A stretch of DNA of 64,000 bases from Octopus sinensis (taxonomy: Eukaryota): contig NC_042998.1 in the NCBI RefSeq assembly GCF_006345805.1, positions 38,936,001 through 39,000,000 on the forward strand. The letters run 5' to 3'. Each line of letters opens with the position of its first letter. Positions within the stretch are counted from its first letter, which is position 1. This document shows, one piece after another, positions 37,900 to 51,039 of the stretch. The position numbers and the translations under genes are program-made. The notes beneath the pieces were generated by a model that made no database searches, had not been told where the DNA came from, and saw only the letters and a list, made by a program, of their open reading frames with translations.

Positions 37900-38520
37900 G
37901 ATTTTGTTATTCGTATCTTGCTCTCAGGTTACATGTTTGTGGTGTGTTATCGGTAAAGAAGATTTTAGTTTTCGTATATTATTAGGTTATGTTTGATTGT
38001 CATGCGCTTTGTGTTCCGTTTAACAAAGGTTAGGATTATGTTTGTCTGTTCAATAGTTTTTACGCATTTGATTCGTGTAATAAATGTTATATTCGGTGTG
38101 AGCCTTTCAGTTTGCTGTATTCTCTGCTGTGTATTTGCGTCTGTATTCTTCTATGGTTCGAATGTTGGCTTTATATTATGTATTTGTTCTCTCTAGTGAA
38201 TTGTTTGGAGACAAGAATATAAATACTCTTCTGAGGAATGATTTTACCATTGACATCCTATAGTCGTGTTTGCATTCACCGTCTCCGTATAGCTATATAT
38301 ATTTCTTTGATTCTTTAGTGTCTACTGGTATAATGTATCTCTTTGTCTTTAAAAACGATTTCGCGTTTATATTCTTCAAGGTGTTAATTTTAGTGCGCAT
38401 TTCTTTTCTGAGCCTTCCATTAGATTCTCAACTTCCTTTAATGTGTGCATTGCAACTACGTATATCATCGACGTACCTTGTGTATATTATTTGTTTGTGT
38501 TCTTGTATTATTCGCTTCTC
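37900..38520 (-). mobile_element. Decayed Penelope-like RT C-terminal/linker fragment
   Basis: Minus frame KHDYRMSMVKSFLRRVFIFLSP resembles the H....KSFLHRA..ICS thumb motif; many stops. Confidence 0.35.
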
Positions 38521-38675
38521 TATGGTAGAATAAGTAGAATACAAGAAACGTAGGTCCCCGAGAGGGAAGCCATGCCTGCCGCTGTTTTTTTGTGCCAGTT
38601 AGGAGCAGCGGAAAGGTATTTCAGGTGTGCATATCATCCTTTTTTTATATAAGCATGGAACTTGTTCTAACTTCT

Positions 38676-38760
38676 CGAACCGCTAACGTTACGGGGACGT
38701 AAACAAACGAACACCGGCTGTCAAGCGATGGTTGGGGACAAAGACACACATGCGATGGAA
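38676..38760 (-). mobile_element. SINE family A internal fragment
   Basis: GAACCGCTAACGTTACGGGGACGTAAAC ... GTCAAGCGATGGTTGGGGACAAA. Confidence 0.75.
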
Positions 38761-38808
38761 AAAAAACTACACGCAAGACGACAGAAACTGTGCAAAAAAC
38801 CCTTTTCT

Positions 38809-38848
<40 letters not shown>

Positions 38849-40714
38849 CACGTATTCTATAACACAATATGACCGAACTTTCAGTAATCCACATTTTTTA
38901 GATTCTTCACCGATCTTTTTTTTTTAAATATTCTTTACCCCTGTCATTGAATTTTGTGAACTTTTAATCCTGTTTTCTACTCCATAATTTTAAATTCTGT
39001 TAAAATTCCATTGCATTATTTACATTTGTAACATTGATAAACAAAAAATCGTTGAAACTAGTTTGCTATGTAAGGAAATTTATTTAAAGAAAAGTACAAA
39101 ATTTTCAAAGTCGTGTGCATTTTCTAAAACAAATTCTCTTTCATATATATGTGTGTGTGTGTGTATTCAATATACAAAAAGATATTTACGATTGACATAT
39201 TTTAAATATAATTTATTAATATAATATTATATTACAATAAATATAATATGAATACGAATTGAAATACAAATATTAATCCCACAAATTGTTTCGATTCCTA
39301 CCCAATAATGAATTTTAAAAAAAGTCATATTTATGGTTATGAATCTCTTCGGGGAAATATTTGACAAAATTAAACAAAATTACATGGAAGGATTTTTAAG
39401 TCCAAGAAAATACTGCATTAAGCATGTTTGTAAGCGCGAGCGTCAATAATTTAAAAATATAATTCAAAAACTCAAATACAAAATTCAAATAAATAAAAAC
39501 TAGAACAACGGTCATAAATATTCTTGTGTACTTTTAATGATAGTAATCTAATCGAAAAATATTTCTGCCCATTATTTTTTATATACAAAAAATCTAAATT
39601 ACATGTGTGTGTGTATATGTGCACACACACACACACACATGCACACACATATAAGTAATATGTAGTAGGATCAGTCGAGGGATTAAGTTAAAAAGCAGAG
39701 TTGGTTGTTAGTCCCTCGCATAAACACGGTTTGTATAGAAAATATCGATGACTCGATAATTGATCAATAAAACATGCATCGAATGCGATTTGTCCCATAT
39801 CGAGATTAGACCGAAAATTCCGATGAAGATGCTTTACATTTCGAAAGCAATAAACATTGGTCATCATAGGATATTCTAACCTGTAAATAGAAAGGATGGA
39901 AGGGGTAGTAGCGTGTCACGGATCATCGGGTGCGTCTGAAGTAACATCACGAATGTCTTGTAACCGTTTGGTGTACATTTCCATCAAGTACATTACGATT
40001 GTTTAGTTGCGAATTGTCTGCAGTAATGGTAATGCCACACACACACACACACACACATGACACAGTATTCGTTATTTGCAAGCAAATATGAACTGGTGGC
40101 TTGTACAATACCCATGTAGTCACGAGCAGAGAGGAAGAGAAGGACACTGTTTGTTCTTCCGGTTCTTGGATTCGGCAAAATATTGTGACTGTGACTGTGA
40201 CAGCTGGAGGAGCGGTGCCAGCAGCAGGTGGCTAAACTTTACTGTTCACCTATGAGTGGCGAAGCATCTGCTGCAGAATGACCTCTCCGTTAGGAAAGGG
40301 TTTATCTCTCCTCTGCATCAAATCATTGATTTAGTGTTTAATCGAAGATTACCTAAAACCATTCTTGCAGAGAATATTGCTCTCAAGAATTATTGAGCTT
40401 TCAACCGTCACAAATTGAAAGAAAGAGAACCAAATAATGCTTCTTTGATGCAACAACTGAACTAGGAGAACATTCTTTTCGCATATTTTCCAAGTTCATG
40501 GGTTTTCTAAAGTCAATTGTTTATGCATTGATGTTTAACTTCAAAAGACAAAATGAGCAGCTAATGCATGATGAAAGACGGACATTTTGGATTTAAGGTA
40601 CTTTCACGCCGTGCTACAACGCTGCAAGAAGACTCCATCACATACAAAGCCTCATGTTGTATGTGTAGTTTCGTATTCAAGGATATTTCATGTACCCTCC
40701 GGCAGGCCGTACAA

Positions 40715-41020
40715 ATACCAATGCTAGCTTCGTATTCGGCTTACGATCGTAAGGTTATGAGTTCGATCCTCAGGAGTGCATTGTCTCCTTGAGCAAGACA
40801 CTTTATTTCAGATTGCTCCAGTCCGTTCAACTGACGAAAATGAGTTGTACCTGCATTTCAAAGGTCGAGCCTTGTCACATTCTGCATCTCCCTGAGAACT
40901 GCCTTAAGAGTACACGTGTCTAAGGAATGCTCAACAATTTCGAGATAATTACACTAGCGGGCTGTTCCGTTGATCGGTTCAACTGAAACACTTGTCGTCG
41001 TAGCCGACGGAGAACCAGTA
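40715..41020 (+). mobile_element. tRNA-derived SINE family C
   Basis: B box GAGTTCGATCC, core CTCCTTGAGCAAGACACTTT, 3' TTGATCGGTTCAACTG ... CGACGGAGAACCAGTA. Confidence 0.8.
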
Positions 41021-41563
41021 TAGCTTATTCATGAATTATAGGATCGAGTTTTACTGGTTCCGACAAAATTAAAAATCAAGAATGCACTCCTACTAATTTC
41101 CAGAAGTTTGATTCTCTCAGAAAAATGTTTGTTCAAAAACTTCAGAAACTAACTTCAAAATGTCAACCAAAACTAATGGAATTTTTTGACGACAAAGCTT
41201 TTTCATTCAATGGCACTTCAGGCTATACATATATGATGTGTGTGTGTGTGTGTGTGTGTATACATATATATATATGCATACATATATTCATAAATACATA
41301 TATATATATATATGCATGCATGATTTCCGAGTGCCGTTGTAAAACACAAGCATCTTTTCACCCTTCGCGCAGGATTTGTAGAACAAATTTCAAACGTAAT
41401 TAATTTTATCACTGAATAAACTATACTGAATTGTGAATTCGGTTCAATAAAATATTCTAATGATCCATCGACAGAAAGTTGAAGATCACGTAAACAAGAA
41501 AAAACATTAAATGAAAAGAAGTTCCTTAGAAAACCAAACTCATAATATTCATTACGTCGAATG

Positions 41564-41598
<35 letters not shown>

Positions 41599-42489
41599 GA
41601 GGTGTCAGCAATTGTACATATATTACGAAGGGCTCTAAGGTAAACAAACCAATAAATAGATGTGTGCGGGGTCGGGGTTGGTAGTTATATGCATGTGTGT
41701 GTGTATGGACATATGTATGCATTGTATATGTCTGTGTTGTGTGTGCGTGTGTATGCATGTATGTACGTATGTACAAGTATGTATGTATACTCACCGCTCT
41801 TTCTGCCCGTTCTGTCTTAAAAATTTGCAGCTGCCTCTCAAGCGACATCCACCTTCACTTGTAATCAACAAACACTGTAAATTTCAAATTTGAAAAAGTT
41901 TTTCAATTTCCGGTATAAGTATTAAGCTGAATTGCTTTTAATACACTTAGTTCAGCTGTCTAAACATCAGATCTTGTTTCGGTCGTTAAGTGGGTGTGTT
42001 CATATTTGAAGAACTGGTATTTTGTTTGAGAAATCGATTTTCCCATGTATAGAAGTAAGCTGTTCAATTAACATGTAGTTTTCAATGACCCAGCATTATG
42101 TTCTTCCATCATCCAGAAAATTGACTTTCTTTCCAACGAATTTCCACATCTCTTATATATACAAATGCAGGGGCAAATTTCGCCATATTCTCAAATACTA
42201 AATACAACATATTACACGACCTCTCGACTATATTTTAATTAAAACGGATTACTTTCGCCAGGTCTTTTCTTTATAATACGTTTGATTAAAGCATGAATAC
42301 ACACCTGAAAAGAATAGTGCCAAATCTCATGCAGTGAGGGAATGATTCGACTTCGATTTTTGGAGGCAATTCAGACGACTGTATTATCGAGTATGTAATG
42401 AGAGCAGCGAATGGTTGCAGATGGTGTGTCCAACTCCCCTCCCTAAATTTGGATTTATATATATATATAGGTGAAGAATACTTCACCTA

Positions 42490-43284
42490 CATGAAATTAG
42501 ATGCGGCCAAATGATACTTTCTCTTAGGGATCTTATGGATAAAGTATTTCCCAATTTATCTGTCAATTACACTGATGTAAACTGGCTAAGTGAAAGAGCT
42601 ATACTGGACCCAACTAATGAAATGGCTGATTTAACTCAATCATTAACAGGTACATCAGAAATGACTTTTCGATCAACCGACAACAGTCGATCAAGATCAG
42701 GCAGTTCGATACCTTGTTGAAGTTCTGAACACACTTAAACCCACTGGGATGCCACCGCATAACTTGACACTAAAACTGGGTGCTCTCATTATGTTGCTTA
42801 GAATCTTGACTCACCTCGCCTGGTGTAATGGAACTCACTTAATTGTTACTTCCATGAAGCCCCATGTCCTATGGGCAGCAATCATAACAGGTAGTCACAA
42901 AGGAGAAAATGTCTTTATTCCAAAAATTCCTCTCATACCTACAGATGTTCCATTTGAATTTAAGAGGCTTCAGTTTCTAGTCAAACTTAGATTTGGTATT
43001 TCAATTAACAATTCTCAGGGTCAATCCCTCATGCTTCTCCCACGGCCAACTTTATGTTGCTTGCTCTCTAGTTTATTCATTCCGACACCCACAAAAAATT
43101 ACTCAATGAATATTGTTTATCTCGAGAGCTTTCAACATTGACAGATTTTCGGTTCTAAATTCTATTATCATTACAAATTGGATTTTTTGTTTTAATAAAT
43201 TATGAAAATATATCTTTATATTTATTGTTTACTAATCTGAATAAGAACAGCAGTAACCCGGGCAACGCCGGGTCATTTGGCTAG
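42490..43284 (+). mobile_element. Helitron 3' fragment (Pif1-like helicase C-terminus) with intact 3' terminus
   Basis: ERAILDPTNE; MPPHNLTLKLGALIMLLR...CNGT...IPKIPLIP...FKRLQF...INNSQGQSL; hairpin ACCCGG-GCAACG-CCGGGT at 43256-43273 and terminal CTAG at 43281-43284 followed by T. Confidence 0.93.
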
Positions 43285-44089
43285 TTTATAATAATTTCGG
43301 AGACGACCGATTTATATGTTAACCTCCCTTGAACCAATACTTAGAACGCCTTTATTAAGAAATGCAAATTGCTGAACATCTACGGTGAGAGACAATTACT
43401 CCAATGACGATGATTGTGGCGTGAAATATTCACAGACGTTGTTCCAAACAACCACTGGAGACCACGTGCATGAATATATCTCGCCCATTTAGAACATATA
43501 CACACTTGTGCCTGTGTATGCGTTCTAAATGTATGTGTTCACAAAGTGTCACTGATACTAAAAATATGCTAATGACGGGAAATTTCCATAACACTCTAGA
43601 ATAAATTTAATTTTAGTGTTTTGTCAATCTATGGGTATTGTAAAGTAGAATATTTTGATAGTAATATCTCGTTATTCCCCAGGTAACGAATTACAATTTC
43701 TTATATCATTTAATCAACAAATTTGGTTATTTTCACATTTTTAAACTGTTATTTACGTCTAAATATTAACTCTTTAGTTCTAAATCTTTTGCATAAATTT
43801 TCTGTATGAATTATTTAGAGTTTACCATTAATTATCTATTGGGCCTCCTATGTATCTAAATATACATTTACATTTATTTGTGATGCGAAAATAATTTCTT
43901 CTTTGCCCATTAATTTTCAACATTATATATTTTTAAATAAATTTGTTAAACACAAACAACAATTTGATCCCATTTAGATCCTATAATGTGCCAGAGATTG
44001 AATGGTTTATAAATTTTTAGCAATTTTACTTTCATGGAAGCGTGATTTATCTTAAATCTATACAGTTACATTCTTTTCCTTTTCACTTT

Positions 44090-44440
44090 TTTTGTTTTTG
44101 TTTCATGCATTAAATCTCAACCATGCTGAAGCATCACCTTCAAGGGTTCAGTCGAACAAATCGACCCCATTACTATTTTTTAAGTCTGGTACTTATTCTG
44201 TTAATGACTTTTGGTGAACCGCTAGCTTTCGGGAACGTAAACAAACAAATACCGGTTGTCGAGCGGTGACTGGATGGGACAAACACAAAGACACAAGCTC
44301 GCATACACACATGCATACACAACAGACATGTATAGACACATACGACGGGCTTCCATGTAGTTTTCGTGAGCCAAATTCCCTCACAAAGCATTAGCTGGGC
44401 TGGGGCTATAGCGGAAGACACTTGACAAAGGTGCCGCTCA
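44090..44440 (-). mobile_element. SINE family A, 5'-truncated, decayed
   Basis: Colinear with 4324-4700. Confidence 0.8.
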
Positions 44441-44832
44441 GTTATATTTATATTGGTTTGTCATTTACACTGGTTTCAATTAGCTGCTGTGATTTTCCAC
44501 GCAGCTTCATACAACATATCGCAAGTACCAAACTCAAACATAAGAGAGAAAATAAAAACTTCGTCAGAGATTTTACGTCTTTGTCTTACAGTGGTGAATG
44601 AGATGTCGCTTGTCAATTTATCGATATTTTCATATTATTTTTTCTTGTTTAAACTGCATCTAATGTTTTTATATACGAGGGGATGCCCAAAAGTAACTGG
44701 AAATATTATCTATGGAACAAGCCCGTTGTAGTTCAGGCTTCCGCCGCTAGAATCAGTGGGAGCATTCAATGTCTCCATACCCCCACCCCCCAAAAATGCA
44801 TCCAGTGAAGTCCAATGTCAAGATGCTGCTGC

Positions 44833-45189
44833 TTGTTTGTTTGTTTGTTGAGCGAAGCGGTCTTCGTCCCATTAGTGGGAGAAGTCCGAAACGTGGTCCT
44901 TTGCTATTCGTAAGACCCGCAGAAGAGAAAGCAGGTCAACCCCCGACACCGAGAGCATCGACGGATGGATGAATGCGCATCCAGGCTCAGTGGCTGCGTA
45001 GGAAGTCGGGGACAAGAAACAGGAAGAAAAGTGAGAGAAAGTTGGAGCGAAAGAGTACAACAGGGGTCGCCACCACCCCCTGCCGGAGCCTCGTGGAGCT
45101 TTAGGTGTTTTCGCTCAATAAACACATACATCGCCCTGTCTGGGAATCGAAACCGCGAGTCCGCTGCCCTAACCACTGGGCCATTGCGC
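44833..45189 (-). mobile_element. tRNA-derived SINE family D with (AAAC)n tail
   Basis: Minus strand GCGCAATGGCCCAGTGGTTAGGGC (A box) ... GGTTTCGATTCCC (B box), GC-rich body, tail CAACAAACAAACAAACAAG. Confidence 0.75.
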
Positions 45190-45204
45190 AAGAAATAAGA
45201 AGCG

Positions 45205-45420
45205 TTAGAACACCGGGCAAAATGCTCAGCGGTATTTCGTCTATCGCTACATTCTGAGTTCAAATTCCGCCGAGGTCGACTTTGCCTTTCATCCTTTCGA
45301 GGTCGATAAATTAAGTACCAGTTACGCACTGGGGTCAATATAATCGACTTAATCCGTTTGTCTGTCCTTGTTTGTCCTCTCTGTGTTTAGCCCCTTGTGG
45401 GTAGTAAAGAAATAGGTATT
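45205..45420 (+). mobile_element. SINE family B
   Basis: Body and tail match 24435-24670; lies head-to-head with SINE D. Confidence 0.9.
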
Positions 45421-45789
45421 TTAAGTTTTAAAGACTCGTTAATCTGAAGCACCAGGTTCAAACTGTAATGTTGGTTCTTGTTGGGACTGAATGGTTCTAC
45501 TTAACACTACGCAAAATTTAAGCTTACGTCCCTTCAAGTCAAAAGTTGCATCAGCAACTTAGTATTATATTGACTAATTAGTTGTGCTCAGTACATAAAT
45601 ATTTATTGAATAATTGGTAAAACGCTGAATATTAAGGTTTTGAAAGCAGTCCGATCTTTGTATTGCAAATATAGTAAAACAAATCAACTTCAATTATTTA
45701 ATTTATTCCAACCTAATTGACACAACTGAATAATCAACAATGGGTGATGGCTTTTTAAAAAAAATAATAACTCTTCCTTAGAAAATATT

Positions 45790-46060
45790 GACAGTTCAAG
45801 TTTTCCAATTTCATCTTCACGGCTACCAGGCATTTTCTCACATCACCTCTCTCATAAGCGTGGAGAATTTCCATAAATACTCTCTTCTACTTTCCAATTA
45901 ATTAAGACGTCTCAGACGTCGATCGCATTGGTTGATAATTAGAAATTCGGTGTTGAGGCTTCTGGTCAAAATAGTAAACTTCTGAGTATATTAAATAGAC
46001 ACAGGATCCTCTCTTGATTTTGTTGTTTCAGACATCTTTACCATACTGAATAGGTGTGGT
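45790..46060 (-). mobile_element. Decayed CR1/L2-type LINE 3' coding fragment
   Basis: DRRLRRLN*LESRR resembles the YEERLxxLxLxxLExRR motif. Confidence 0.3.
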
Positions 46061-47467
46061 TAATTATAAGTATTTAAATGCGTACAGCAGCTAACTTTTC
46101 ACTTGTTTGAATTATAATTTAGGGTGTGATAATTGTATTGCTTCTTATAATTATACTTTACGTTTGTTTATATATATATATATAAGGAGTAAATATTCAA
46201 ACGAATATTCATATAGATATTATTATTGTTATTACTATCAAGGGTAAATATAAATAATTGATAATAACAAAAAAAAATATAGGTGGTAGCAACCAATGAT
46301 AGCGTTAAATAGCGAGAGAATAAAATTTATAATTATAACAGAGGGCACATGAGGAGCCTACTTGCTAGAAAGAGGAGCTAAATCCTCAACTTGTTGATGA
46401 TTTAGTTCCTACTCAAGCAATTTTACTCTCTTCGTCTCTCCTTTTCTCCATTTCGCTCTGTCTTTCAGTGGTTAATCATTCTTTCGCATAAAAATACGCA
46501 TATATAATAATCCAATCAGATATGAACAAATTCACACACAGATATAGAGACAAATATTTATACTCACAAATCTACACGCACGCGCGCGCGTACACAAACA
46601 CACATGTACACAAACATGTATATAAATATATACACACACACATGTACACAAATATATATACATATACAGTTCATAGATGAGATCCAGATAGTCTCCGTAT
46701 AGAATACACTTAGTGATGCTCAAGAGATTTCCACTTGAGCGGGTTTAGAAGTAAATGCAGGGATAAGCAAGTTAGACGGATCAATATATAAAGTATATTA
46801 AATACATGAAATACAAAAAAAGGTATATCTGTATACATATAAAAAGGACCAGAGAACAAGAAAATAAAAGGTTTGAAGAAAAGTATTAGAAATCCAACAG
46901 CAGTCTCTGGGGGTTGAGAGATCCCTAATAATGTTTGTAGATCGATTCCATCGTAGGATGAGACAAGCCTCCGTCTTCAGAGAAGAGATTTTGCATTTGA
47001 GATGTTAAAGGAGAGCAGTTCAACATACATATATACTTATGACCACATATACTCGTGCGCGTTCACATGGGCTAAATGGAAAGAAATCCTGCTATCTCAC
47101 ACGTATTCACACATCAAGTAACATATGTAGGAGTTAATATACATCTCTCGCATAAACATACCAACACAAATACACATCCAGCCTAATTGATAACAATATA
47201 AACTCAATATAAACACTTTCATACGAGAAGTGACACTTTCATTCTAGGCACAGAGAAATGAATTTGTTCACTGTCTTCTAACACTTGGTCTTTTCTATTC
47301 GTGAGTGCCCTCCTATTCACTAACATCGACTCACTGACGCCTGGTCAACCTTAAGCATTATACTGCATATTATAGAAATTGTACTGAATATTCATAAGCC
47401 TCTACCTTTCAATCCATATTTTCGTCTTTCATTGTAGCTCTCTCATTATGTATATGTGTTCGTGCGT

Positions 47468-47555
47468 GATGTGTGTGTGTGTGTACGCACGCGTTTGTGT
47501 GTGTGTGTACGCACGCGTTTGTGTGTGTGTGTACGCACGCGTTTGTGTGTGAGCG
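47468..47555 (+). repeat. 24-bp minisatellite (GTGTGTGTGTGTACGCACGCGTTT) x3
   Basis: Direct read. Confidence 0.9.
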
Positions 47556-47789
47556 TGCGTGTGTAAATTTGTGTGCATTTTAAAAGAAATGTAGATGTAG
47601 TGGCATGCAGTCGTCCCTTGGTACAGTTGATAAACTGTCGGTCAGGATGCGTTGAGATATTTGCTCCGGCCCTTTGCGTTCGAAGTTTCAGTCCTGTCAA
47701 ACTCCAATTTGCCTTTCATCATTCCAGTCACGTGAGAACTCACTCTCTCGCTAGAGACGTCACATCTTGGATGTTCCGCTGGTCAAGAG

Positions 47790-48450
47790 TGTCTTTGTCA
47801 AGAAATCTCTGACGTTTCGAGCCTACGCTCTTCTGTAGAGGAGAGAAAACAGATGGAGATAGGAATATATATATATATATACACATATATCATTTAATGT
47901 ACAATGTACACGCAATAAAGATAAGAGCTTCCAATAGTTTTTTTGTTTTTTGTTTTTGCTATAAATACACGTATCTAGAGAGGTTTTAATAACACGCCTT
48001 ATGTCGCCACCTAATCTTCAAGCTCTGGGCATATGATCAGGACGATGGTACATGAGAAATCACGAGAAAAAACGTGAAAGTTGATGCAAAAAGTAGAAGA
48101 GTAAATAAAAGCACAAAAAAGAAAAGAAATAAAAGTAGAGTTACGCCTCCTTTCACTGCAGAGGCCATAATTAAATTAGTTGTTGTAGAATTATTCAACA
48201 GAAAGGGTTCCAAAGTCTTCGAGGCAGCTGCTCAATTCGGAGTGTGTAGTGTTGTCCTCCTAGTAAACCTTGTATATATATATGAGAAATTATGATAAAC
48301 ACAATTCATATCATCTGTTCCCGCTGTACGCGACATCTGCATTCGATATTCCAAGTGCGTATGGATGCTGAACCACAACAGATGATGAGGGGAACACGTC
48401 ATTGCATTGTTGCAGAGATCGAACGTTTCAAGTTGGCCAGAGGGCAAGGT
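47790..48450 (-). mobile_element. Decayed Penelope-like 3' end with hammerhead-like motif
   Basis: Minus strand AGAAGAGC-GTAG-GCTC-GAAAC-GTC-AGAG at ~47807-47835; upstream frameshifted NCVYHNFSYIY..TRRTTLH/LRIEQ (GIY-YIG-like). Confidence 0.4.
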
Positions 48451-48849
48451 TTATATATTTTGAGAGGGAAACAGAAATGCGGAAAGAGAAAGATAGAGAT
48501 ATCGAGAGAATATGAGATTCTAGTTAAACAAAGATATGAAAAACTAAAATAACAAGGAAAATAATTAAAAGGAGAACGGGGAGCGAGCAGGGGAAAGGAA
48601 GATATGGGGTGTTTTGTAATGATCAGCATTTTTAAAAGCTAAATGTTGTAAATAGATGTAGCTCTCCATTATTACAAATGAAGGAAAATGTAAATTAAGA
48701 CACAAAAATACAAAAATATAAGGACATGAGTGGGTCATGACTTTACACTTGGTGTGGACTATGGTTAGAGATAAGCAAAAGAAGAAAAAAAAGAACACTA
48801 GACAAATAAACAGAATAGCTAACAGTGGGTCAGTATTTCTATTTCAATC

Positions 48850-49080
48850 TAAGGCGGCGAACTGGCAGAATAGTTAACGTACCGGACAAAATGCTTAGAT
48901 GCATTTCTTTCGACTTTGCGTTCTGACCTCCAATGCCACCGGGGTCCACTTTCTCTTTCATACTTTCGGAGTGGATGAAACCAAGTACCAGTTAAATACT
49001 GGGGGTCGATGTAATCTACTTCTTCCCCTCCACTGAGACTACTGGCTTTGTGCCAAAATTTGAAATCGATTGCTGTAATT
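48850..49080 (+). mobile_element. SINE family B, decayed
   Basis: AAGGCGGCGAACTGGCAGAATAGTTAACG ... AAGTACCAGTT ... GGCTTTGTGCCAAAATTTGAAA. Confidence 0.75.
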
Positions 49081-49239
49081 TGGCTGAGACGAAAGACAAA
49101 AATGCAGATACGTACGTACAGACACATACACGCACACACATAAACACACGCTTACATAGATATGCGCACATACACATATAATTCCATACACACAAACATA
49201 TGTACCCATGTATACATATCTACATACACGCGCGCGCAC

Positions 49240-49295
<56 letters not shown>

Positions 49296-49711
49296 CAAAA
49301 TTTAAAGGACTGAACGTGAAAAGTGGACAGTCAACATGCTAGATATAGTCGTCAAATCGCTATTTTCCACAATATCAATTTCTACCCTTATTAAATTTTA
49401 TATATATATATATCTGTATGCGTGTGTGTATTCACACATACGCATGTATACACACATGCGCATATATGTATGGTCATAAGCTATATCTGCGTCTATATTT
49501 GATCACACTGGAACTGTGAAGTGCGTATGGATGGTATTACAGTGGAATTCATACATGCATGGCTGCAATCCAATGACTGAAACAAGTGAAAGATAAAAGA
49601 TACATATATAGTATAGGTGTGTGTGTGTGTACAAGGTGTTTCCAAAAATTTGATATAATTTGAGAAGTAAATATCACAGAAACTACAAAGTCAAAGTGTG
49701 TGTGTGTGTGA

Positions 49712-49744
<33 letters not shown>

Positions 49745-50427
49745 ATATATATATCACATGGCTGGGAGCTACTTGTCGAATGTAATGATCCATTAGGTGG
49801 AACCGGAAACTATGTGATTGTGGAGCGAACTCCTTCATTATGCGATTATATCTACGATAGTACATTTGTGATAAATCTCTTTCAATGAAAATTAAGTTAC
49901 ACGTTCTATTAAACTTATTTTTTACGCACGAACAAGAAGATAAATATTGGATCCTAAATTCCAAAGTACACCAGGAATAACTGTAAGATACCAGGTAACG
50001 ATCACTGCTGTTACCGCAATCATCTTTCGTCATTCTTTTTAATGCTTATATTTATTTACTCGCCATGTTGTATGTTTTTCATGAGTTTATTCTCTCATTC
50101 CGTCACGGATCTCTTGTTTTTCTTGGGTTTTCTTTCCCTTTAGTAAAGATATGATTTTATGTGCACCGTTTTCTTAGTTCAGCCGACGACTTTTACTTTC
50201 TTCACATTATCAGCTTTAGTACGATTAGTCCACTTTGCTACCGATCATTTGGCACAAATCCTTCTCCTCACATAGTTACTTGTACTTATCATACATATAT
50301 AGACTTGTACTTATCATACTTATATAAACTTGTACTTATCATGCATTTATTTTAGTTGCCCAATATTTTCAGTATCACTTAACCTTACTTTTACCTTCTT
50401 TAAATACTTTCCTTATTTTCCTCCATT

Positions 50428-50431
<4 letters not shown>

Positions 50432-50510
<79 letters not shown>
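50432..50510 (+). repeat. (CT)n microsatellite
   Basis: Direct read. Confidence 0.97.
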
Positions 50511-50512
<2 letters not shown>

Positions 50513-50890
50513 ATCTATCCATCCGTCGATCTGTAAATAGATAAATATTACCATCCTCTGAAAGTCAAAACGAAATGAAAATGACAAACAGAACAACGCT
50601 AAGTGTAAATGGCAGAGTACACTACTTTCCAAAAATGTGTAACCTTCGGTTCCAGTTGAACACTTTCCAAAACTTCACGCAGCCTATCGATTCCTTCAAA
50701 ATTACTCACTTCTTTATCTGCACCCATGAAACGGTAAGTTTAATTCTCTGAAAACTTCTGCAGTCTTTTTTTAAAATAAACCTTTGTAATTGTTTGCAAA
50801 ATACCATTGTAAAATATTTTCCATATTTCTTCAAGTCTTTCTGTGAATTCCATTGTAAATACATTTAGTGGTTATTTTCAATAATATGGC

Positions 50891-50960
<70 letters not shown>

Positions 50961-51039
50961 ATATATATATATGTGTGTGTGTGTGTGTATATATATAGTA
51001 CTCTTGGAGTCATGTCAGTAAATCTACAGTCAAAGTCTA

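Noticed and set aside
43486-43531. 46-nt hairpin CATTTAGAAC…GTTCTAAATG
   Set aside because: The stem is too short for a pre-miRNA and does not extend into the flanks; likely chance or a repeat remnant.
44672-44760. TACGAGGGG mariner-like TIR start (similar start at ~49628)
   Set aside because: No matching second TIR or transposase sequence nearby; at most an isolated end.
44850-45040. HDV-like ribozyme suggested by minus-strand CTAATGGGAC
   Set aside because: I could not build P1/P3 pairings. TCCCA-TTAG-TGGGA is explained by a simple local hairpin in the SINE D tail.
50275-50345. Three copies of CTTGTACTTATCAT at ~25-bp spacing
   Set aside because: Small local tandem duplication with no further structure.
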